Position numbers and translations under genes: made by a program. A stretch of DNA of 63,994 nucleotides, the filler included, from Dirinaria sp. TL-2023a (lineage: Eukaryota), in assembly GCA_051941275.1 (NCBI GenBank). It is 6 parts of 6 records of this genome, joined end to end, with 100 filler letters (N's around TTAATTAATTAA, not from the genome) between each part and the next. Parts side by side here need not be neighbours in the genome. Positions count along the whole stretch, not along the records: positions 43,334 to 54,013 come from JAVEBF010000915.1; positions 54,114 to 63,994 come from JAVEBF010000995.1; 4 more parts are not named here. The stretch is one strand, 5' to 3'. Below the pieces are notes generated by a model. That model saw only the letters and a program-made list of their open reading frames with translations. It had not been told where the DNA came from and ran no database searches. Shown piece after piece: positions 48,484 to 58,800 of the stretch; the first letter of the stretch is position 1, and every line of letters starts with the position of its first letter.

Positions 48484-49276
48484 TTATTTGCCAGTCGTTT
48501 TGGCAGCACTTTTGGAATACTGAGGAGGTGGCTCGGTCACTGGTTCCTCACCTCGACCGCTGGCTTGGGGCGCCGAAATTGTATAGCGGTTTACCCAGTG
48601 CATTGAGATTAAGAGGACGGTCGAAAGGAGGAAGAGAATCCTAAGAAAGGTTTTTAGCGCATATACGATAATCGAGATTCGAGAGGTTGTTGGCCTACAT
48701 CAGAACTGCATCCAATGCTTTTGTGGCTTCGTATCTATGCTCTATTGGTTCCGAGTACGACGGGTGGCCAGTCGACGCTCTTGAGCAGTCAAACCGCTTG
48801 TACTCGTCACAACTGCAGCAGATACCGGCATATGCCACGAAGCCTCCTGCTGACCTTCTAGGAGAGCATAGGTCGCCACAGTTGTAGACGGAGGAAGCCA
48901 CACCGCCAATCCAGAAACCACTCAGAGTACCCAGAATTGATATTCTAGGCCATGAATGCCAGCGAGTGTTCAGATCGATCCAAGAAGGGTATTCGAGGAG
49001 CTCCAATGGAATGACAATGAGTAGGACGAGCAAGGTGATCACAGCCTTTAGAACTCAACTTCTTGCTAGTGGACCATGGCTGGAGGCTTGGTTCATACTT
49101 ACAGCAGCAATATTGTAGGCGAGTTTCCCTGGGATTCTGGGATAGTTGAGGTTCTGCCGGAACCCCTGTGCGGCTGAAGCTGTGACCCCGAGGGTGGCGA
49201 TAGTCAAGACAAACTCAAGGAACACCAATACCCAAAGGGTGGTCATAAGGCGCTTGAATGCGGTCCTTGAAGCCAT
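48484..49276 (-). CDS. Four-TM (MARVEL-like) membrane protein with a Cys-rich loop and a C-terminal PPxY; exons 49276-49103, 49045-48699, 48640-48484
   Basis: Introns GTAAGT..AAG and GTAGGC..CTAAA..TAG are phase-consistent. There are four hydrophobic segments. The last exon, absent from the ORF track, reads ILFLLSTVLLISMHWVNRY..EPPPQYSKSAAKTTGK*. Confidence 0.75.
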
Positions 49277-49907
49277 GGGCAGGCTGGGGTCGACTTTCCG
49301 GTGATCGAGGAGAAGAAAGTCTCAAAGTGGAGGTCTTGAGTACGATTGAAACTCCAACAACAGATATTGAATCTTTTGCGACTTCTGTCGACAAGAACCA
49401 AACGCGTTATGTATTCCACTTAGCCGGCCCAGATGCACCACATGGAGAGCGCCACTGAGCTCAGGTATGGCATGATTCCTTCTTTGAACAAGGTACAAGG
49501 CTATGCTCTCGTGATCTTTGTGTAGGAGACCTGTGTAGGTGCGTCAATATACTTTTCCTCTAGTTGTTATGTCCCAAATGGGAATCGAATAGCGCCACGC
49601 TGCAGGGGTCGCGCGCGACCTGCCAATCACATACCACGCCACAGTTAACCACTGGATTGCGCGCTGCTCCTATTTTCCTGAAAAAGGCAAAATTGTTCTC
49701 CTTGGTGCCAGCGTTGGCGCAAGGCTGCCTGCCAGGCTTGCTTGGAGGAGAACTTAGCCACTGACGCGCGTTGCTGAGCATTGTATACATCAGGCATGTC
49801 AAGAGACGATTTTCGGAAATGCTACAGCACGATATTTACGCTTTTTAAAAGACTGACTTTGAGAAGAAACGTGCTCCTTGTTCTTCGTAGTTGAATCCAC
49901 TCTGGCT

Positions 49908-52038
49908 ATGGGTGGTCTTACTACCCAAGCGATCAAGCAGGGCTTTTGGCGGGACTACAGCCGAGCTGTGCCATTCAGTAAGATGTCCCGGTTCTCTCTC
50001 TGTCCAGTGGTTTTACCAGGTTCTGACCAGATCGATAGGGGCTCAAGTACTCGTGAGTGACGAAAGATCTCAAGTGTTGACAAACTCACTTGCAATTTTC
50101 TTAACTCTGGTGGGCTCCGCTGGCGCCTTGATATGGGCGCTAGAATTCCTGAAAGGCTTGAAGTGGCTTTTCATCACCCTTGCGAGGCTCTTTCGTCGAT
50201 TAGTACGCAATCGCCATCAGTCGCAAGGCCCAATACAACTCCAGACCCTCAGACACCGAGGCTGGATTTCCGAGGGCGTAGGGAACACTGTTCGCGAGCA
50301 GGGGGGCGGACTTGGTGTGATCCAGGCCGCATTCAGCCACTTGGTTCGGGAAGATCCCAGCCAACCTTCTACATCTGGAGCAGGCCAGGCATCTATAATC
50401 GGGCCTGGGGGATCTTCGATTTCGACAGCTCCGACGCCTCCCAGAGGTTCGGCTGCAGTACGATTCAATGCCCGACAAGCCCAGCGCAATTTTGCTGCAG
50501 AGCCTGTAGATTTTTTACTGGTCTCGCTGGCATTGTTTGCTGTGATTTTATGGCTGGTAGGTGTCAATGCAGCGGCTGCATTCGCTGCAAGGGTCAGCAC
50601 TGGTTCCACAGCAGTGTCATCCTCCCCTCATTGCGGTATCTGGCAAGCGTCGCAAAAGGCAGACGTTGTCACCATTGGCCGTGACTGGGAATACGACGCC
50701 GAGAGCAGGGCTGGAACATACGCACGGCAATGTTATGATGCTGAAGCGGGAGCCGATGGATGCCACCTCTACGAGAACCAGAGCATTGACTTTTTCGAGG
50801 TCTCCGACGTGCAATGTCCTTTCGCCGGACAGACTTGCCGTCCAGGGCCTTCTTCAGCGTATAAGCTAGATACAGGCTGGCTTGACTCGAAAGTATTAGG
50901 CATCAATTCGAAGAGAAGACACCTGTTCCGTCGCAGTACGACGTGTAGTCCTGTGTCCACCAACGAGACCTATGTAAGATACGAAACCGACAGCGTCGGC
51001 GAACGGACCGCTCGATATTACTACGGCAATATTGGCCAATCTGGGAGCTGGAATGGCCAGAGGTCTCCATACACGTGGGAGTCGCCGGAAATGTTCGAGA
51101 AAAAAATCAGCTCGCCAACATATTCCGTAGCAGCTTTCAGGTCGACATCCGATCGAGCCACGTCTTACATTCTCCCCGAATTCCGGGTCCCAAACACCAC
51201 CGTAACTCTTATGATCATCTCGTCTGGCATGATCTTCCATCTGACTGAGCGTTCGGACCCCATATTCCCAGCAGACAGACGTACAAAAGAGCCTGTCGGA
51301 GATAGTTACCGGTGGTACAACAGCCGCCACCACGGTTCCGTCCTGATGTGCGCTGACGGCTTTGAAATCTGCTCCCCCGACAATCAGACCTGCTACAATT
51401 GGCAAACACGGCCGCTGCCGTGGTCTGTGACAGATTCTGCACCGAGTCAGCCACCGGCATCAGACGAAGAAGAAGCCTATGCGTTGCTATATCACGCGGG
51501 TCTCCACTCCAACACATACCACGCCATCCGCTCACGCCTTGCTTACGGCCTCGACGCACAACGCCATGTAAATCAGCATTTATCCACCGGTCTTGCACCG
51601 GAACAGTGGAAATCGGAAGCGCGGCTGTTGTTTCAAACGTCGTTGGCGCGTATGCAGCAAGATGTCTACGACATCGTCCGTGGCACGGCCAGCCATACCG
51701 AAGGATTTGAAAATAGCATGCCGCCGCGTTACAGGGGGATGTGCAAAAGAGTCAAATTCCAAAGCGTGGGCTGGTCGAATTTGAGCTTGTTTTGGCTGCT
51801 AATCCTGCCATCTGGGGCGGTACTGCTGGCGGGGAGCAGTCGTAGGTGGAAGGGAGAGCTGGTGGCGTATGTGGTTGGCCGGAAAATCTTTGCGAAGCCG
51901 GCGAAGAGGCTGGCCGTGATGATTGGCAATGGCTGGACGGGATTGCGCCGGAAATGCAGAGCGTTCTGGTCGAGCGGCTGGTTCAGCGGCTGGTTCAGCG
52001 GCTGGTTGTTGAGAGTTAGGCGGTGGCTTCATCTTTGA
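49908..52038 (+). CDS. Uncharacterised fungal membrane protein with a large Cys-rich luminal/extracellular domain; exons 49908-49977 and 50039-52038
   Basis: MGGLTTQAIKQGFWRDYSRAVPF splices in phase 1 (GTAAGA..CTGAC..TAG) into the 715-aa ORF. Family-like motifs GFWxxxS, YARQCY, CPF..C, LDTGWLDS..LGIN..FRRSTTCSP and QWKSEA..LFQTSLARMQ. Three hydrophobic regions. Confidence 0.8.
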
Positions 52039-52399
52039 GGTAGTCTTACGCAGATTTTTTCGAGGGAAAAAATTCAGGATCAGACAATAGACTGTTATTC
52101 GCACAAGAACAATGATCGGAGTGTGAATCCATCAGCAACGACCCAGATGGCAAAAGCCATCCCTATACTTATACAATGGATCCTACGCTCGGGCATGGGA
52201 TATCCTCGTACTAACAAAGCAATATACTGGCAAAGCTCACACTGCTGCAAGCACACCACACATTCCTCCAATGAACAGAAGAGAAGATTCGTAAATCTAG
52301 CAGCATATCTTGAATATCCCAAACCCCGTACCTCGCATCCTCAAGCATTCATCCATCTCGAACCACTGGATCTCTCCTATCCAAACACAATGATCAGAG

Positions 52400-54013
52400 A
52401 ATACCGCCATAAGTGATCTAGAGAGACCTACTCGGTTCACGCATATGTAAGCGAGATTCCCATCTCAAATCCTTGCTCCTCAAAATGGAGTCGATCAAAC
52501 ATATCTCGTCCACAAATACTTTTTACATGAAGAACAGACCACTCATACATAGATGAACAGGTGGAAAGAACGCCAGAGGTTTTGAGCAGATGAGTATACG
52601 AAAGAATGAAAGAAACAAGTTGATGACGTATGAGCGAGTAAGAGAGATATGCTACCGATAACGATCAATTTGTTAAATTGATCATGAATAGATTCTACCT
52701 ATAGCATCCACATTTTTCCCACCTCTTCATTCTATCGAGAACGATTCCATCTCCAAAAAAAAAAAAAAAAAAAAAAAATCTGATACAAGCAGTGAGAGAA
52801 TTCGGAAGAATTCTCCAGTTTCAGAACTTAATTCTTCTTCCAAAAACCCGAACCAGCCCCCAAATTTATTCATAGAGATATTCATAGAGAATAACAAGAA
52901 TATGCGCTTGATATTAGGCAGTACTTTAGAATTCGCCGGATGCGGTGTTTGGGAATTCAAGCCCCCTGTAAAAGAAAAGTTGTATCTCATAGCTTTTCCC
53001 AGTTCTCCCTTCTCAGATTCTTTTTCTTCTTTGCGGCTGGCCTCTGAGTCTATGGACATCACCGAGCTATCATTTGCATAGAGGTAAATCTCCTGCTCGG
53101 AGGAGTGTTGCTATGAATATCTGCTGATCAAGAACTTCGAACCCGTCGACAAATAAATCTTTCCCTCCCTTTTTCTTTCTCCCTAAAATCACCAGAAGAG
53201 GGAAAATCATATTATCTCAAAAACAAATAAAGAAACACTCTTATCGTCCATCACCATTGCCCAAGTTCTCAACAAGCCCACTCAAAAAGAAAAGACCCTT
53301 CAACTTCAAAAATAAGTAAGAAGAGAGAGCACGCAAATGCCAGAAACCTTTCAAAATCAATACGGCCCGCCGTTCAGTCAAACCACGATAATCGTGACAG
53401 CTCCATTTTAAAACACGGTGGTATCAACATTCCCTTATCCCCGATGTTCTCGCCTTCGTACAATTAATCATCAGCAAGAACTTCCTCTTCTGGTTAATCA
53501 TAAAACTTTTAAGAGAGTAAAAAGAGAAATTACCAAAAAAAATATCCGATTCATTTCCATCTCAACGCCGTAAATCAATAGCCAGCTTCGTAAATAGATA
53601 TATCTCATTTTAAATCAGACGCTCCAGCGGAAGCACTGAGGATAAAAAAGCTTTTGATGGAAACTATATCGATAGATAAGCGAGAGAGAATGAAAAAAAA
53701 AAAGGATCAAACGCCGATTTCCAAGATCCCATTAACGTACCTCATGTTCTTGGTGGTACAATAATCTCATTGCCTAAAAAAAGAACTTTTTTGCAAGATT
53801 GTAATCTTACATATACACAAAACCACAGATCAAAGAAAACCCCCTCCACCTTCTTCTTCCCATAATCAAACTCCCGTCCCTCCGTCTCTCTTCTTCTCAC
53901 CCCGTTGCTCCCCCGCACCCCAAAAAGAAGGAAGAAAGAGCATAGAAAAATACCCACAACTCCGTCCACCCATTTCCTCCCTCCTTTTTATTATTTTTTT
54001 TTTTTTTCTCCTT
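52400..54013. other. AT-rich, strand-skewed degenerate tract with homopolymers (possible RIP-type relic); boundaries approximate
   Basis: A-rich and G-poor on the plus strand, long A run near 52755-52778, no credible ORF, runs to the contig end. Confidence 0.4.
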
Positions 54014-54113
54014 NNNNNNNNNNNNNNNNNNNNNNNNNNNNNNNNNNNNNNNNNNNNTTAATTAATTAANNNNNNNNNNNNNNNNNNNNNNNNNNNNNNN
54101 NNNNNNNNNNNNN
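54014..54113. other. Artificial contig spacer N44-TTAATTAATTAA-N44
   Basis: Identical 100-nt spacer. Confidence 0.98.
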
Positions 54114-54964
54114 AAACTCGGGGGAAACTCGGGGGATCAGGAATTAGGAATAAAGGGGCACGAGGGGCACAAGGGGCATCACCATTGTTTTGCAGCCAAG
54201 AAGAGCAACAAAGTAGATCCTGAACCATCTGGAACGTTTCTAGTCCAAGTCGATCTCCAATAATGCTGCGCAAAGTACTACCCAGAACCTAAACCCGTCG
54301 TTTCGTATTTCCACGTCCGAGTACCAGAGTAGACGGTGGAAGAGTAAGGTAGACCCGAGTAGGGTGAACTGCTGGAGAGAGTGGCCTCCATCCCTGACAC
54401 TTAGCAGGGTCGCGGAGCCTTGTTGATCCGACAAATTGCTGCAGCCCGGTGCAAGTCATCCATGCAAAGCAGAAGAGCCAGATGGCAACCCTCGGTTAGC
54501 GATGTCAATGTCAGAATACAGTAAGTACTACTATACAAATAGACGCTTAGGGGATCTTGTCGATGCAAGCCTCCAAATCGGGACTGCGTCTAGCAATCAC
54601 TGCTTGCCTGTAATCCGTACCCGGTACGTGGTGTTGGACAGCGGAGCAGACCAGGGAATCCACTGCGTCCCTGGCAGCATTGAGCGTTGTGACTAGAGGT
54701 ATGACAGCCTTACTAATAGATCCGTGAATGTCGCCAAATGCCGCTCGACCATTCATTACGCGACTCGGCACTGAATGACCTTGCGACCGACGAGCAATCC
54801 TTCCGTACATTATTGGGGCTTGAGGGATGAGTAAACCCTCTACTGAAGTTGCGGCATGATAAGGAATACAAATAAGTCACCAGTCGAGGCGTAAGGGCAC
54901 TCGGCGGATTCTTTTTCTTTTCTTTTTCTCTCGGTCGATTAGGGTCAGAAAAACGACCGAGAGT

Positions 54965-54984
54965 TCGGACTCCGAGCCCTCGGA
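54965..54984. promoter_or_regulatory. Overlapping CGG/CCG palindromes including CCTCGG (FarA-type fatty-acid regulator motif) upstream of ACC1
   Basis: TCGGA-C-TCCGA at 54965-54975, TCCGAG-CC-CTCGGA at 54971-54984 and CCTCGG at 54978-54983, about 0.9 kb upstream of ACC1. Confidence 0.35.
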
Positions 54985-55871
54985 CTGCGCTGATGTTTCA
55001 TGATCGTGGGCATTATTTGCCAGAAGCGGAGAGCGACGCTATGACAGCCTCAAGCAATCCAGAAGCCAGACTCACGAGCTCGATACATTTCATGGACGAG
55101 GCATGATAAGGACCAGAGGAGCGAAAGGAGTGTACCGTAGTTGAAGTAATATGTACAATCTGGTAGGAGATAAAATGGACGGATTGAAGCGATCATGAAC
55201 AACTGTTTCGGTGAATGCACCATCCGGTGATTGGTGGCGCCGAGCCGGGACGCCGACGCGCTAAACCGATGCGGGTCTAGCCAATCCAACGTCAGATAAA
55301 ATACAGTAAGAGTCCGACTAAGACACTCAAGCCTTCCCCAACCATGTCGATCATACCTTCCAGTATTCCTCAATCATCCGTAGAGTAAGGTAAGGTAGAA
55401 GATGAGGTCTTAGTAAGAGTAAGGTAGTAAGGTAGTGTGTCGATGATGCCCCCGTAGCATGCCGAAAAATATAGTCCCGTACCAGCCCTCGTTCCTTTTT
55501 TGACTTCCGCTATCCTGCCCTTTGTCTGCGCAGGGAAAACTCTTGCGAATAACCCATTGGCCAGGGCTGAGTGTTCAGCGGTCCAACATCTCGGGACTTC
55601 CTGCAAGCTGTGCATCCCTCCCAGCTACCCGGAGTATTCATATCCGTCCCCCATCACCGTCGTTCCTTCTTCCATCACTTATTCCTCACCCCCCGATCGA
55701 CAACACCTCCCCTCATTGCTTGACCGCAATCCGCGAGGGACAGGATTCCTTTCTCTGTACCACCGCCATCATCCGCATGGCAGCGTATTGAAATCGAGCT
55801 GCTGCTTACTTCTCACTGAGTCTGGTGTTCACGGAGGGTTTGTTGCTCATCGAGCACCACTCGGGTGCAGC

Positions 55872-58800
55872 ATGGCTGGATCTATCACAAATGGCGTACA
55901 CAAAACCAACGGTGTTGCAAAGCCGACGATGAATGGGCACAAGAGCACATCGTACGCTGCAAAGCACAATCTCCCCGCTCACTTTATCGGCGGCAATCAC
56001 CTACAGGCTGCCGCTCCGAGCAAAGTGAAAGATTTCGTCGCAGCACATGATGGGCACACTGTAATTACATCGGTCAGTCGACGAGTGCTGCAGATCGCAT
56101 ATCTTGCGTATGAGCTGACAGGTGCCCACCCGTAGGTGCTGATTGCGAATAACGGCATTGCGGCCGTGAAAGAGATCAGATCTGTACGAAAATGGGCATA
56201 CGAAACCTTCGGCGACGAGCGCGCCATCCAGTTCACGGTGATGGCCACACCGGAGGATCTTCGGGCAAACGCAGATTATATCCGGATGGCTGATCAATAT
56301 GTTGAGGTGCGTATACCGGAACGAGGATCCTCCACGTGCCCTGGGCTTCGAACCGTGGCTCGCGAACCGCAATCGCTTACTGTGAATGAACCAGGTTCCT
56401 GGGGGTACCAACAATAATAACTACGCCAACGTGGAATTAATCGTGGACGTCGCGGAGCGGATGAATGTACATGCGGTATGGGCAGGATGGTAAGCAGCTG
56501 CACACGGTGTGGAAATTGCTCAGCTCAGAATAATCCACAGGGGCCACGCTTCGGAAAACCCAAAACTCCCTGAATCCCTCGCCGCTTCTCCCAAAAAGAT
56601 CATTTTTATCGGCCCTCCAGGCTCCGCAATGCGGTCTCTGGGTGACAAGATCTCCTCCACCATTGTTGCTCAGCATGCGAAAGTTCCTTGCATACCCTGG
56701 TCGGGCGAAGGGGTGGACCAAGTCTTGGTTGACGAAGAAGGGATTGTGACAGTCGCCGATGACGTTTACGATAAAGGTTGTACACACAATCCCCAGGAGG
56801 GTCTTGAAATGGCTAGGAAGATTGGCTTTCCAGTGATGGTCAAAGCTTCTGAGGGCGGTGGAGGCAAGGGCATTCGAAAAGTCGAAAGCGAGGAAAACTT
56901 TGTATCTCTGTACAATGCCGCCGCCAGCGAGATCCCCGGGTCCCCAATATTTATCATGAAGCTTGCTGGAAACGCACGACATTTGGAAGTCCAGCTACTA
57001 GCAGACCAATATGGCAACAACATCTCCCTTTTTGGTCGCGATTGCTCCGTCCAGCGAAGGCATCAAAAAATCATTGAAGAGGCGCCCGTCACTATTGCCA
57101 ACCCGCAAACATTCAGCGCTATGGAGAAGGCTGCAGTCCGGCTTGGCAGACTCGTTGGCTATGTCTCCGCGGGAACTGTCGAATACCTCTACTCGCACGC
57201 TGACGACAAGTTCTACTTCCTTGAATTAAATCCGAGGTTACAAGTCGAACACCCCACTACCGAAATGGTAAGCGGCGTCAACCTACCTGCTGCGCAGTTG
57301 CAAGTCGCGATGGGCCTTCCCCTTCACCGCATAAAAGATATTCGGCTGCTATACGGGTCCGATCCAAATACTGCTTCGGAAATTGATTTTGAGTTTTCCA
57401 AGACGGACAGCGTCAAGTCGCAGCGAAGGCCGACTCCAAAGGGTCACACCACGGCCTGTCGTATCACATCTGAGGATCCAGGCGAGGGTTTCAAGCCCTC
57501 GAGTGGTATGATGCACGAGCTGAATTTCCGGAGCAGTTCGAATGTCTGGGGATATTTCTCCGTCGGAACCCAGGGAGGAATCCACAGCTACTCGGACAGT
57601 CAATTCGGTCACATCTTCGCGTACGGGGAGAATCGGTCGGCTTCGAGAAAACACATGGTGGTCGCTTTGAAGGAGCTCAGCATTCGAGGTGAATTCCAAA
57701 CAACTGTAGAATACTTGATCAAATTACTCGAGACTCCCGCGTTCGAAGAGAACACCATCACCACTGGTTGGCTCGATCAGCTAATCTCAAACAAGCTGAC
57801 AGCCGAACGTCCTGATCCGATGCTTGCTGTAGTCTGTGGCGCTGTGACAAAAGCGCATGTTGCCAGCGAGGAGTGTATAGCGGAATATAAGCGGGGTGTC
57901 GAGAAGGGCCAAGTCCCTGCGAAAGATGTCCTAAAGACCGTGTTTCCCATCGACTTCATCTACGAGGGTGTGCGCTATAAATTCACCGCTACTCGTTCCA
58001 GCCTCGACAGTTATCACCTCTTCATCAACGGATCGAAATGTGCCGTTGGTGTACGAGCACTGGCTGATGGCGGTCTACTCGTCCTCTTGAGTGGACGAAG
58101 TCACAGCATCTATTGGAAAGAAGAAGTGGGTGCCACACGCATCAGCGTTGATAGCAAAACATGCCTTCTGGAACAAGAGAATGACCCAACTCAACTGCGG
58201 ACGCCCAGTCCAGGGAAACTTGTGAAATTCACTGTCGAGAATGGCGAGCACCTAAAGGCAGGTCAGGCTTTCGCCGAAGTCGAGGTCATGAAGATGTATA
58301 TGCCGTTGATTACCCAAGAGGCGGGTGTAGTCTCATTGATCAAACAGCCTGGAGCCACGCTGGACGCAGGTGATATGCTAGCTATCCTGGCCCTAGATGA
58401 TCCCTCGCGTGTCCGACACGCGCAACCCTTCTCTGGACAGCTGCCGGATCTCGGACCGCCTCAAGTGGTTGGAAGTAAACCGCCGCAGCGTTTCGCGCTA
58501 TTGCATGGCATTCTTTCGAACATTCTACAGGGCTTCGACAACCAAGTCATCATGGCTTCGACGCTGAAAGAAATGATTGAGGTTCTACGAAATCCTGAGT
58601 TGCCCTATGGAGAATGGAATGCCCACGCCTCAGCTTTGCATGCTCGGATGCCCAGCAAGCTGGACACTCAATTCACTCAGACTGTGGACAGAGCTAAGGC
58701 ACGCAAGGCTGAATTCCCGGCCAAGCAGCTTTTGAAGACGCTAAGCAAATTTCTGGAGGAAAATGTTAGCCCAGGCGACGCAGGCCTTCTAAAGTCGGCG

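Noticed and set aside
10759..54113. Regularly spaced identical TTAATTAATTAA units as a CRISPR-like or biological periodic array
   Set aside because: Each unit is embedded in exactly 44+44 N and provides six-frame stops. It is an assembly linker, and the spacing reflects size-sorted contigs.
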